64,000 bases of DNA from Ylistrum balloti (GCF_031769215.1 NW_026782221.1:186001-250000), one strand, 5' to 3'; shown: positions 37,701 to 51,063, counted from the stretch's first letter. Notes: generated from the sequence alone by a model not told the origin. Numbers and translations are program-made.

Positions 37701-38874
37701 TCTATTATTGGTGTAGAGTTAGATTTTTATTAGAACTGGTCACGGTACATGCTGCTTCACACTGCCTTACCATTAAGATAACGTGGGGTATCTGTTGTCG
37801 CCTTCTCTAAACCAGTTCTATGATAAATCATAAGTAGGTCCTGTTGGTCAGGGACATTCTGAAAGAAAAAGAGTAAATGGCCGAAATACAACAACTCGAC
37901 GATCACTATTTCAACACGTATGTAAATATTCAAAATAATGATAATAATGATATACAGAGGCCCAACCGTGGGGGAACGACGCTCAAACAGATCGTAGCAA
38001 CACGTTTAACCCACTCTGATGCCATTTACCACCATATAGACTGGTAAACTACGTAATGAAAAGTGTGTAAAACAGTAGAAAACGTGTTCACTGTACAACA
38101 TAGTGTACAACACGTATCGTACTTACATAAACATGGTGGGTTTCACCGGGTCTTTGTACTGCAGCATTTTTCGACCTTCCTCTCACGTCGATAGCCACAC
38201 ATGTGCGCGAGATGTACAGATGACATCGTCATCATGATGATTAGTCTTTCTCTGTCCATTTTATAACTTGCACTCCCAGTATTGATCGCGTGTGCCCAAA
38301 TCCGCACGCTGCACGGCACCGGATCCAGCTCCGCCAAGATGTTATATTGATTTTGGTCCCAGTGTTGATGATGTGATCGTCGAATAACGTTCTAGCCGAT
38401 CATTTTATCTATTGGGTGATAAGATGATCCTGTACTGCCCATCACCTGTTCATGTTACTTTGATTCATCACCTTATGTCATTTGAAAATCACTGCTAAAA
38501 GGTAATGATAAAACAAACTTCAACATTATTAGTCTATAATTATTCAAGAATATTCTAAACTAAGTATAGATTTTTCCACAAAACTACATACACAATAGGT
38601 ATATTTACTGTGCTGACGATATATGGATCTGCCTTCTCAAAGAGAAGATTTAGAAAAGTAAGTGACAATGACTGTGATATCTGATTCCTCAAAAAAAACC
38701 CAGTTATTTATGATAACTAAAAAAAGTATGTTATTGATGTTTCAGTCCGAGTTAATCTCTGCAGTCTCTAGAAATTATGTTTTACATGTAGAACAATTGA
38801 TAATGCATGTGTTATTTGATTATCAGCAAGACTTCCTCTGTCCTATTAATGTCATTGGTTTAAAACAGATATAG

Positions 38875-41175
38875 AGTTATGAATCAACAGCAACATTTTT
38901 AATTCTAGAGGTTGAATTCTGAGGTTGTAAATCAACGGTGACATTTTTAGTTCTAGAGGTTGAACTCTGCAGCTGTGAATTAACAGCGACATTTTAATCC
39001 TAGAGGTTGAATTCTGAAGTTGTGAATCAACAGCGAAATTTATAATTCTAGAGGCTGAATTCTGAAGTTGTAAATCAACAGCGAAATTTATAATTCTAGA
39101 GTTTGAATTCTAAGGTGTGAATGAACAGTCACACTTTTAATTCTAGAGGCTGAATTCTGAATTTTTGAATTAACAGGGACAATTTGATCTCAGGAGATGC
39201 CAGTTAAAACGGCATTTCAGTTTCTAGAGATGTGAATCAACAGCGGCGTTTTGGTTACTAGAGATGTGAATCAACAGTGGCGTTTTGGTTTCTAGAGATG
39301 TGAATCAACAGCGGCGTTTTGGTTACTAGAGATGTGAATCAACAGCGGCGTTTTGGTTTCTAGAGATGTGAATCAATTTAAACACCTTTAATTCTAAAAG
39401 TTAAATTCTGAAGTTGTGAATCAACAACAATTGTACTTCTAGAGGTTGAATTCTGAAGTTATAATTGAACAGCGTTAAAGACTGACATTTTGATATTTAG
39501 AGTTGTGAATCAACAGCAACATTTTTTTTTATTATTTATTTTAGAATTTGAAATATCAAGTTAGGAATTAACAACATTTTGAATTCTTGAGATGTGAACC
39601 AACAGTGAAAATTCTAACTCTAATGTTGACATTTTAATTGTTGAGTCGTGAATCAATGGGGACATTTTTACTAATTGAGTCGTGAATCAATGGTAACATT
39701 TTAATTGTGCAGTCGTGAATAAATGGTGACATTTTTGACTTATTGAGTCGTGAATCAATGGGGACATTTTGACTTATTGAGTCGTGAATCAATGGGGACA
39801 TTTTGACTTATTGAGTCGTGAATCAATGGGGACATTTTGGCTTATTGAGTCGTGAATCAATGGGGACATTTTGACTTATTGAGTCGTGAATCAATGTGAC
39901 ATGATGACTTATTGAGTCGTTAATCAATGGGGACATTTTGACTTATTGGGTCGTGAATCAATGGGGACATTTTGACTTATTGAGTCGTGAATCAATGTGA
40001 CATTATGACTTATTGAGTCATTAATCAATGGTGACATTTTGACTTATTGAGTCGTGAATCAATGGTGACATCTTGACTTATTGAGTCGTGAATCAATGTG
40101 ACATTTTGACTTATTGAGTCGTGAATCAATGGGGACATTTTGGCTTGTTGAGTCGTGAATCAATGTGACATTATGACTTATTGAGTCGTTAATCAATGGG
40201 GACATTTTGGCTTATTGAGTCGTGAATCAATGGGGACATTTTGACTTATTGAGTCGTGAATCAATGGTGACATTTTGGCTTGTTGAGTCGTGAATCAATG
40301 TGACATTATGACTTTTTGAGTCGTGAATCAATGGGGACATTTTGACTTATTGAGTCGTGAATCAATGTGACATTATGACTTATTGAGACATGAATCAATG
40401 GTGACATTTTGACTTGTTAAGTCGTGAATCAATGGTGACATTTTGACTTATTGAGTCGTGAATCAATGGGGACATTTTGTCTTATTGAGTAGTGAATCAA
40501 TGGTGACATTTTGGCTTAAGTCGTGAATCAATGGTGACATTTTGACTTATTGAGTCGTGAATCAATGGGGACATTTTGACTTATTGAGTCGTGAATCAAT
40601 GGTGACATTTTGACTTATTGAGTCGTGAATCAATGGGGACATTTTGGCTTGTTGAGTCGTGAATCAATGGTGACATTTTGACTTATTGAGTCGTGAATCA
40701 ATGGGGACATTTTGACTCATTGAGTAGTGAATCAATGGTGACATTTTGACTTATTGAGACATGAATCAATGGGGACATTTTGGCTTAAGTCGTGAATCAA
40801 TGGTGACATTTTGACTTATTGAGTCGTGAATCAATGGGGACATTTTGACTTATTGAGTCGTGAATCAATGGTGACATTTTGACTTATTGAGTCGTGAATC
40901 AATGGGGACATTTTGACTTATTGAGTCATAAATCAATGGGGACATTTTGGCTTGTTGCATCGTGAATCAATGTGACATGACTTTTTGAGTCGTGAATCAA
41001 TGGTGAAATTTTGACTTATTGAGTTGTGAATCAATGGGGACATTTTGACTTATTGAGTCGTGAATCAATGGTGACATTTTGACTAATTGAGTCGTGAATC
41101 AATGGTGACATTTTGACTTATTGATTCATGAATCAATTGTGACATTTTGACTTATTGAGTCGTGAATCAATGGTG
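38875..41175. repeat. Graded tandem repeat: degenerate ~43-bp units, a short 34-bp block (39225-39370), then a homogeneous 34-bp array (tattgagtcgtgaatcaatggggacattttgact)n at 39640-41175
   Basis: All three tiers share the core gtgaatcaa; 34-bp period checked at 39781/39815 and 39241/39275. Confidence 0.93.
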
Positions 41176-43353
41176 ACGTTTGTAACGTTACATCATTAAA
41201 TAAATAACTTTCCTCTGTTTTTTTGTTTTAATACAATGGGGTGTCGTGATGAAAAAAATCCTTTGCTCCAGTTGATCCGATATCCATGGGCTTGTTACCA
41301 ATATCTCCTTTCCGAGAAAGATGCAATACCTGACGGACAGGCATATAAGGAAATGGATGTTGATCAAAACTATGAGAAAGTTTCATGGTCAACATCATGA
41401 TTTCATATATCTTGGGGAATATCCTTTATGTATTACCTCTTGTGATACGAAGTAAAAGATGATTGTTAGTATGTCTTATATAAACAGTGACATTACTTAC
41501 TTGAATTGACCAAGGTTTATATGGTGGTTGTAGTCAATGATACAGAAGATGCTTTCTTTCTACTTCTCATCAATAAATATACGACAGACTTTTCAAATAC
41601 TTAAATCTTAAGACTGCACATGCGTGATAATAAATCCCGAGTGAAAATGAAAAATGATTTCCTTAACAGTTATTCTATACAGTCTCACATTCCAGTTGAT
41701 AAATGGTAGATGACAGGTTTGTATTTCCAACAAAGTATTCAATCATCCATATGATTCCATATTTGGATTGCCATTGCTAGTCTTATTTGTGTGTGTATCA
41801 CTACATAGTGAATACTACTTGTCTACATTTAGGATAATTAACAACACATCATCAATTGTAAAAATGTCATGAGATTTTTAATAATCTAACATAACAATCA
41901 ATACCTGTTTAAGGGCCTGTCAGTCCTTTAACAAGTATCAATAATATGTGTACATATGTACACCTTCACGTATCTATAATTGACATAACCAAATGGTTAT
42001 ATGGCAGTGTTACAAACATTATGTACTTTTTTATGTTACATTTGTATATATACAATATAGTGTTTTTTACATTCATATGTATACGCATGAAAGAATCATG
42101 CTCTGATCATGATCATCTCACTTCTGTCCTATGCCTGAACAGTACTCCATAAATAGTGACTCCTGCAACATCTCAATCATAGGCACAAGAGAGTGATTTA
42201 TGTTATACATATACTGTTATATTTCTTGGCCGCTGCAATGTGTTAAATTTCTCCATATGTCACCAGTTAGCAGTTGTCTGGAGCCATGAACTTCACAAAC
42301 CTGTCATACATGTGTATAAAGCATCCTTTTATACAATTTCAAGTTAAAGTAAACATGCTGTGTCATCATATATCTGGGCAGATAAGTTAAATGTTATTTG
42401 TTGTTGACTTTTCCTTCTATCAAAACTGGCCACAGTGAACATCGTCTACAAATTTTATCACTGATCATATAAATTTTCATTTGGAGTGATATCTTTTCAA
42501 TACAGAGCTGCTTTCAAATTCATAAGTTGACTACATTGTCACTTTCATATTAATAGCATGGGTATACAAAGCAATTACTCATTATACACAAGACTTTATA
42601 ATTTAAAGAGGGACTAACACAAAATATAAGGCTATTTAATGTTAAGTACAGGAAAAGTGACAGAATAAACTTTTGATTAAAGGATTTACTCTCTCATCGT
42701 AAAATGTAACAATACACAATTTCTCAGTTTCAGATGAAAGATTATGATATAATCTGGACAAACCATTGAAGTAGAATACGTAAGTTGACATATATCATCG
42801 TTTTGCTCCTCATACATAGTTTTTATAAAGTGAATCAAGTATCCAGCACATCAATCTGAACGCTATCTCATATTGCTTTACAATCAACATAATAATTCAC
42901 TACTCTCCTCCTGTATAAAAATGTATTCAAGTTGTTTTGGGAACTTTTTTTACAGTTGAAAAAAGGCAGTTTCCCCATTCAAAATTAAGGCAAGCTTAGA
43001 ATGAAAAATTTCATAAGATTTAACATGTGTAGTGAACAAAGTATGTCCCCAAAAAATATCTGAAAATTTCTTTTAAGGCATTTATCAAATCACATATAAA
43101 GATCTCCAAGCTACAGTCTTACTATAGATATTTAAAGACATCTTAACATTTGTTTCCTTTTCACTTACAAAAGCTACTTTAAGTTATTACCTTGTGAGGT
43201 AGTAACAAGTAGCTGTATGATGATGTTAAACTTTCAAAACTTCTCACTGCAATGACCAAGAACCAGAAGCCACTGAAACTATTCTTCTCCAGTCTACATG
43301 TCATAGGCATAGTAATCCACGACAGATCCGAAACAGATTAAAGGTCAGGTAGG

Positions 43354-46300
43354 TCACACAATTTTTCCATACTTCTGTACAAATTGTTCCAGGTCCTTAG
43401 TCGGAATGCTTTTTGCTGCTTCATTAATCTACAGTAAAAATAAACACTTTTTTAAACTTGTGAGTCACAGTTCACATAGATAATAAGTATACCTTTCATT
43501 CAGTCATGATCATTAAGCTTGTTTTCATAAATTGTATTGGTTCCTTAAATTTGACTGACTAAATCAGATGTAAAACTTGATATGGAGTTATTTTTATCTC
43601 TTTTTTTATCAAGAGATTCAGGACATATTTTTACGTTTTTCTAAAGTTTTTTATTTCATTTTTCAAAGTAGGTACATGTGACCATTGACCATGCATTGCT
43701 AATTCTTTGATACTTCATTTTGAATATAAACTAAATCTGTTTAGGTGTTCATGAGAAATCTTTGCATATATTTATAGGATGAACACATAGACTAAACACT
43801 AACTATTCACACCCTATCTGATTGTGTGTGACTAAACAGTAACTATTCACATCCAAGGACCCTATCTGAATGTGTGTGACTAAACAGTAACTATTCACAC
43901 CCAAGGACCCTATCTGATTGTGTGTGACTAAACACTAACTATTCACACCCAAGGACCCTATCTGATTGTGTGTGACTAAACAGTAACTATTCACACCCAA
44001 GGACCCTATCTGATTGTGTGTGACTAAACACTAACTATTCACACCCAAGGACCCTATCTGATTGTGTGTGACTAAACACTAACTATTCACACCCAAGGAC
44101 CCTATCTGATTGTGTGTGACTAAACAGTAACTATTCACACCCAAGGACCCTATCTGATTGTGTGTGACTAAACACTAACCATTCACACCCTATCTGATTG
44201 TGTGTGACTAAACAGTAACTATTCACACCCAAGGACCCTATCTGATTGTGTGTGACTAAACAGTAACTATTCACACCCAAGGACCCTATCTGATTGTGTG
44301 TGACTAAACAGTAACAATTCACACCCAAGGACCCTATCTGATTGTGTGTGACTAAACACTAACTATTCACACCCAAGGACCCTATCTGAATGTGTGTGAC
44401 TAAACAGTAACTATTCACACCCAAGGACCCTATCTGATTGTGTGTGACTAAACAGTAACAATTCACACCCAAGGACCCTATCTGATTGTGTGTGACTAAA
44501 CAGTAACTATTCACACCCAAGGACCCTATCTGATTGTGTGTGACTAAACAGTAACAAGTCACACCCAAGGACCCTATCTGATTGTGTGTGACTAAACAGT
44601 AACTATTCACACCCAAGGACCCTATCTGATTGTGTGTGACTAAACACTAACTATTCACACCCAAGGACCCTATCTGATTGTGTGTGACTAAACAGTAACA
44701 ATTCACACCCAAGGACCCTATCTGATTGTGTGTGACTAAACAGTAACTATTCACACCCAAGGACCCTATCTGATTGTGTGTGACTAAACAGTAACTATTC
44801 ACACCCAAGGACCCTATCTGATTGTGTGTGACTAAACACTAACTATTCACACCCAAGGACCCTATCTGAATGTGTGTGACTAAACAGTAACTATTCACAC
44901 CCAAGGACCCTATCTGATTGTGTGTGACTAAACAGTAACTATTCACACCCAAGGACCCTATCTGATTGTGTGTGACTAAACAGTAACTATTCACACCCAA
45001 GGACCCTATCTGATTGTGTGTGACTAAACAGTAACTATTCACACCCAAGGACCCTATCTGATTGTGTGTGACTAAACAGTAACTATTCACACCCAAGGAC
45101 CCTATCTGATTGTGTGTGACTAAACACTAACTATTCACACCCAAGGACCCTATCTGATTGTGTGTGACTAAACAGTAACAATTCACACCCAAGGACCCTA
45201 TCTGATTGTGTGTGACTAAACAGTAACTATTCACACCCAAGGACCCTATCTGATTGTGTGTGACTAAACAGTAACTATTCACACCCAAGGACCCTATCTG
45301 ATTGTGTGTGACTAAACACTAACTATTCACACCCAAGGACCCTATCTGAATGTGTGTGACTAAACAGTAACTATTCACACCCAAGGACCCTATCTGATTG
45401 TGTGTGACTAAACAGTAACTATTCACACCCAAGGACCCTATCTGATTGTGTGTGACTAAACAGTAACTATTCACACCCAAGGACCCTATCTGATTGTGTG
45501 TGACTAAACAGTAACTATTCACACCCAAGGACCCTATCTGATTGTGTGTGACTAAACAGTAACAATTCACACCCAAGGACCCTATCTGATTGTGTGTGAC
45601 TAAACACTAACTATTCACACCCAAGGACCCTATCTGATTGTGTGTGACTAAACAGTAACAATTCACACCCAAGGACCCTATCTGATTGTGTGTGACTAAA
45701 CACTAACTATTCACACCCAAGGACCCTATCTGAATGTGTGTGACTAAACAGTAACTATTCACACCCAAGGACCCTATCTGATTGTGTGTGTATGTAATTA
45801 CTACAAATAAATTACAAAGGCTAAAAAGAATATCTCTTTTCAACGGTTTTCATTTTGGAGAGTAATTTTTCATTTTATACAGAATTGGTAGCAATAAAAT
45901 GGATTAGACTTGTTTGCTTTACTAAATGAATACTCCATGCATTGTGTGGTATCATTTGGAGCGAATCATTTTGTGGTTTTCTGGTATCTAGCTACATCTA
46001 TTTATGTAGCCGTTAAAACTACAAGACTGAAGCTTTTCTGCTGATTTGTTTTTTAGTTTCTTTTTAAAGTTTAATTAATGGTATAGTTGCTGTATATAAG
46101 TATGAATGTAGCACTGACATTAAAAAATCTCATCATATACCAATACCAAAACACTGCAACTGACCTCTCTCCACTTGCTGATTCCTGTATCCACTGTTCG
46201 TTTAGTGCCAAGAAGCTTTTTCTGTCGCAGAGCCACGTGCTCCCTAAGCAGGGTGTTCTGTTGCTCCAGCTGACTGATGACATGTTCAAGCTGTGCTTTC

Positions 46301-49140
46301 TCTTTCACTTTGACAGAGATATTGTACACGTGACTGTCTCGTTGGGGGTCACCTGATGGCCGCCTAACACAAGCACAATTATTACAATTTTTCAGATGCT
46401 ATCATAAAAATTATGATTCCAATGTTCTTTAATACAATTCCATGTATAACATCCAAATTCATTTTTTCTACATTTTTACCTACATACATGTTCATTTGTA
46501 TATGTATATATATCTTTCTAATATTTAAATTCTCACCATGCTTCCTTTTCGTTGTCTTTCTGACTCTCGATTATTCCATCCAAGTCATTAAGTATTTTTT
46601 CCATCTGTTCTTCTGCAAACATCAACATCACTTCCTCCTTCAAACAGATAAGTACAATAACAGCTCAAAAAACAATCATATGTTTGTGTAAAATATTGTA
46701 TATTCTATATACCAGTATATGTAAGAGTTGAACCAATGCATATGACATTTACCTTATAATTGGTTCACTTCATGCAATTTCAAGAAAACAATTTTCAAAA
46801 CAAATTATTTTCACTGATCATGCTACCATTTTTGAAACTATTATCATACCTATGTGCACCAGCTTTTATTTTCCATTACCAAAAAATCACAAGTCATAAA
46901 ATAGCAACATGAACACCTGTCTTTTGGGTTATTGGAGCAGAACAATCAAGCTTACATTTTAAATTTTGTTTTAAAATGACTCACACTGATGTGACTGTCT
47001 AGTTGCTTTGTGAGCTGCCCATGTATCTTTTTGAGGACTTCAGGATTCTTCTTGTGAATAGGGCGAAGATGTTTTTGAAATAACTGTAGTCTAAAATAAG
47101 TAAAGGGAAAAAATTATTACATGATCCACTTTTAAAATAATTTTCTTATTAAACAGTCTGTAATATTTCTATACAATCATACAGATATATACATGTATCT
47201 TGTCTTCAGTGAAATTCAACTGTTGAAAACAACAGTACATGTAGCTGAGCTCATTCTACACTTCAATGTGATATTTCTTTGTGGGTAAAGGTTCCAATAT
47301 AATCATCATTTCTTCTCTCTCTGACTATGTAGATCTAGAGTCAGGGTTTTCCATAATTTTGTTAGTAGTAGGCTGTGTAGTGAAAGTAGGAGGCTGGTCT
47401 GCCGTGTACGTGTAGTCATGTACGTAACATTATTATGGAACTGGATTGGTGTAGGCGTCCAAATGATCAAAGTAGCCAGTCAAATTGGCCGGCGACTGGC
47501 TCTTATGGAAAACCCTGTAAAGTACAATATGTTTCTGAATTTCATTCAGGGCTCTCGATCTGCCAGATTTGGTACCGATATTCGGCCCCATTCCCAATGC
47601 AAAATATTATCTTTTTTCCTAATTTAGACCCCAAGTTTTCCCAATTCTAAGGAAAACGCCGCTATTTTCCCCGATTCTAAGGGCCCCTGGCCCCAGTCCC
47701 AAAATGGGGTGTGAGAGCCCTGTCATTTGTTACAAAATGTAATACATAATTGACAATAACTAGCAAGAGAGGAAGAGAATTATCTATACTTTGCAATATA
47801 TATGTACGGTACTCAAAATTAAAATTTCTAGCAAGATTTGGCTAAATGATTTTCATACTGAACCAAAAGGGCATGTAACAAAAATCTTAAAAAGTTCAAA
47901 ACTACAGGAAACAATCTAGCTTTGTTCATTTATATTACATGTAATAACAAGCTAGTGTATAAGTGTTCTAGTTTTGAATTGAAGTATTGTTAGATGTGCC
48001 TGTGATTGCACAGTGGCCTGCATTGCAGACAAACCAGATCTCCAACACTATATAAATTCAGGCATATATACACACAGTCCTGCAAATACAAATACAGGTC
48101 TCAAAACCTAAGTCAAGTCTCATCAGAAAGGAAAATTAGATTTGAAAGTATAGCTAAGTCTGACGTTATTTCATAAGTGAACAATTGGTTACTCTGGCCG
48201 TGGTCGTAAGTTACATATTGACTAAGATCGGAGGGTAAGAAGACACATGACACATTAAATACACTTGTGTGTATTCAAATACCTCCCTCCCCTCCTTCAT
48301 CTCTTACCAATGTCAGGTAATTAGTTACACAGTAAAATGAGCAGATCAGCATGGCTTGTACATAGTGTTAAATACAGCCCCTGTCACTCAGCTGACACAT
48401 TATGCTTCTTTGGTTCAGTTGGTAGAGCTATGGATAATATCTCCTTGGAGGCCAGGGTTCAATTTCTGTCTACACAATTAGTGCAGGAATGTTATACTTC
48501 TGTTCTTTCACACTGTAACTCATTTAAACAAGTCCCTATGTGTGATTCAACTACATTTTTGTATATAGTCAAAACGATAAACGAAATCTATGTACTTGTG
48601 GTGTAATTTTTCATCACAAAATCCCACACTGATATATGTCTCTGACTGAAATTTACCCAATTAGTCCCTATATAAAACGTGCATCCGCTTAGACGTTTCA
48701 TATCGTGATTTTTAACCCTTGAAATTAGATATTTAGTATCTATGTTATTGTCGAACCTTAAAGCCTTCGAGTTTCGACAATAACATTGATCAATCAAATA
48801 TCCAATTACAAAAGTGAAAAATCATGATATGAACTGTCTAAACGAATGCATATTTCAGATGTTAACATTCGCAGGCATTTCGGACTATCATGCTCTTGTT
48901 CGATGCCACAAGCTTAGCCTATGGTAATCAAAACAATACACGAAATCAATTACATATTTTCATCACCAAAAACAGCAGCGCTACATTGTTGGTGTGGAGG
49001 ACGGTGACATACTTTGCAGATGAAATTATCTTTTTCCTGGCTTGTGCCAAAGCCTTGTCAAGAATCTGCATTCTTCCTATTGGTTCGGGCTTCTGGGATT
49101 CATCATTCGTTGTCTCCATGGACTCACTTTCGTCTGCCAT
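43354..49140 (-). CDS. PMF1: Polyamine-modulated factor 1 / Nnf1 (MIS12 kinetochore complex subunit), 5 exons, 202 aa
   Basis: Exons 49140-49013, 47090-46985, 46637-46537, 46363-46165, 43428-43354. All introns are GT-AG, frame-compatible, total 609 nt. Protein GRMQILDKAL...KQLDSHISEEVML...LNDLDGII...EAWRPSGDP...QLEQQN follows the Nnf1/PMF1 pattern, including WRPSG. Confidence 0.88.
43790..45790. repeat. 48-bp minisatellite (aaacagtaactattcacacccaaggaccctatctgattgtgtgtgact)n, ~41 copies, 480-bp higher-order period, in PMF1 intron 4
   Basis: Direct reading; the variant tgaatgtg recurs at a 480-bp spacing, as do the repeat-derived ORF starts at 44616, 45096 and 45576. Confidence 0.97.
47342..47517. 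mobile_element. MITE, 176 bp, perfect 15-bp TIR CAGGGTTTTCCATAA
   Basis: TIRs at 47342-47356 and 47503-47517; flanks tagagt / taaagt (6-bp duplication with one mismatch). Confidence 0.75.
47547..47722. mobile_element. MITE, 176 bp, 10-bp TIR CAGGGCTCTC, 5-bp TSD TCATT
   Basis: TIRs at 47547-47556 and 47713-47722; tcatt at 47542-47546 and 47723-47727. Confidence 0.75.
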
Positions 49141-49440
49141 GATCTTCCCGCGGAGACGTTCAAAATTTCCCACTGCTCCTAGTTCGTTTGAAGTTTGTCG
49201 CCTACGGTTTGAAGTAAGCACTTTCGCGATCCTGATCTTTAATTTCCAGTTGGAAACGAAACTATGTTGGAATGGGTTATGAAGAATTACATTTATATCG
49301 ACGAAACTAGAGCCGAGCAACCACTGATTGTATACAATAGAATAATTTACTCCTGAGTAAGAATGATAAATAAATATAATACATTATCAAAATATATCGT
49401 GTCGTTTTAGTTAGGTAGTCTTAATTTTGTATTAACCAAG
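49141..49440. promoter_or_regulatory. Probable bidirectional promoter shared by PMF1 and FKRP
   Basis: Divergent start codons are only 300 bp apart. Inferred from geometry; no TSS data. Confidence 0.55.
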
Positions 49441-51063
49441 ATGTCAGCGTCCATCTACAAAGAATCCCAAAAGAGAGGAAACAAAAAACATGGTTTCAAA
49501 TCTTATGCTGAGTTCAGTTTCTTCACACGAAAACGGTTTTTGAAAATTGGTAGCTTACAGTACATGAAATGTCTTATGGTTGTGCTGGTGATCAATTTGG
49601 TGATATTTTTGTACCTGATGTATGCGCACAATCTTTTCTCTGTTGACCAATACGTGTTATCTGCTGACGGTGCTTCACACTATCACAGAGAAGATGCCCA
49701 ACATCTTGTTCTCGCAAGGGAAGTAACAGTTGTCATTAGAGAATTCGAAGATTTCGAAAACCGTGTACATGAAACGGTAAACAGTTTTAAACTGATATCA
49801 CCATATATGACCGTGATTGTAATCTCAGATAACATTCCTTACCCACCACTGAAGTTAAACTTCAGCCAAACGGTGCACTTTGTGAATCTGCAACTGCAGC
49901 CAATGTTAACCAATCCTACAGATGTCATCAAAAGATTGATTGTAACCCCATACACACTGTTCGTTCCTGATGGCACTAACATAACAAGGTCCAAACATTT
50001 ACTCCATGCTGTCAAAAACATGAAAACGAGAAAGTTTATAAAAGCTTTAGCCATCCCAGTTGGTTATGAAAAGCTCAACTGTCCTGGAATGGATGTGCAC
50101 TTAAGATCATGGTCTGTTGATTTCACTAACTTTGTCGGAGGTGAAGGAATGTGTGACTATGTGCAAGGCAACCATGCACTGTTAATGTTGACTCATGACC
50201 TTTTTGAATTGACAAGTCCATTCGAACGTCCACTGTACGTCTCATTGTATATGCAATTGACACTGAGGAGATGGAAAACAGGGGTATTTTCAGGCAATGT
50301 TTTTATGCCAACAACCATATTTAAAGATTTCCGAAGTGAATGGAAACATAAACATATGGAAGAATTAAGACTTGAAAATACTATGAGAAAATTTGAAATT
50401 AAAAAGGTATCTTATGATAAACAAAAAGAGTTTTATTATGGATGCACAAAAGATACAGAGAGATGCTTTGGAACAGTCATCAACGATATGCCTGATTTTT
50501 TATATAGAGGAAAATGGACTCCACCTTGTTGTTTAGAAGCAATAAGAGAAACAGCCAGACATGTTTTTAATATGTTGAATAAATGTTCTGCTCGTTACTG
50601 GCTAGAAGGGGGCAGCTTATTGGGAGCAGTAAGACACAAGGACATCATTCCATGGGACTATGATGTTGACATCGGTGTTTATAAAGAAGACCTAGACAAA
50701 TGTGACCAGTTTGTAACATTGACAAAGAGAAACAGTTTTACTGATGAAGCAGGATTCCACTGGGAAAAGGCAACTGAAGGAGAATTTTTTAGAGTCCATT
50801 ACAGTACTGTTAATCGAAATCATGTAGATATATTCCCTTTTTATCCAAAGTCTGGAATAATGACAAAAAGAACGTGGTTAAAAACTCATAGACAGGATAC
50901 AGAATTTCCGGAAAATTATCTGAAACCACTTACGAAAGTGGAGTTCATTGGAATGAATGTTTCTGCACCGAATAATATCAGACAATTTTTAGAATATAAG
51001 TTTGGAAAAGGGGTTATAGAAACACCAAGGTTTCCCAACTCAGAAATTGTGGTTGGTGGCTAA
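49441..51063 (+). CDS. FKRP: Fukutin-related protein (ribitol-5-phosphate transferase FKRP), single coding exon, 540 aa
   Basis: TM anchor, stem with VTVVIREFEDFEN, Cys cluster GCTKDTERCFGTV...WTPPCCL, catalytic YWLEGGSLLGAVRHKDIIPWDYDVDIG, then WEKATEGEFFRVHYS..N..HVDIFPF and HRQDTEFPE. Confidence 0.95.
   Translation: MSASIYKESQKRGNKKHGFKSYAEFSFFTRKRFLKIGSLQYMKCLMVVLVINLVIFLYLMYAHNLFSVDQYVLSADGASHYHREDAQHLVLAREVTVVIREFEDFENRVHETVNSFKLISPYMTVIVISDNIPYPPLKLNFSQTVHFVNLQLQPMLTNPTDVIKRLIVTPYTLFVPDGTNITRSKHLLHAVKNMKTRKFIKALAIPVGYEKLNCPGMDVHLRSWSVDFTNFVGGEGMCDYVQGNHALLMLTHDLFELTSPFERPLYVSLYMQLTLRRWKTGVFSGNVFMPTTIFKDFRSEWKHKHMEELRLENTMRKFEIKKVSYDKQKEFYYGCTKDTERCFGTVINDMPDFLYRGKWTPPCCLEAIRETARHVFNMLNKCSARYWLEGGSLLGAVRHKDIIPWDYDVDIGVYKEDLDKCDQFVTLTKRNSFTDEAGFHWEKATEGEFFRVHYSTVNRNHVDIFPFYPKSGIMTKRTWLKTHRQDTEFPENYLKPLTKVEFIGMNVSAPNNIRQFLEYKFGKGVIETPRFPNSEIVVGG

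Noticed and set aside
44131-45576. Repeated 85-aa ORFs (GVNSYCLVTHNQIGSL)n
   Set aside because: Translation of the 48-bp intronic minisatellite.
48946-49320. 124-aa ORF
   Set aside because: Only 49140-49013 is coding (PMF1 exon 1); the start is non-ATG and the tail is intron.
10787-51063. Epimerase as a functional member of the LicD/FKRP cluster
   Set aside because: There is no biochemical link between hexose-6-phosphate mutarotation and CDP-alcohol transfer; adjacency alone is not evidence in an animal genome.
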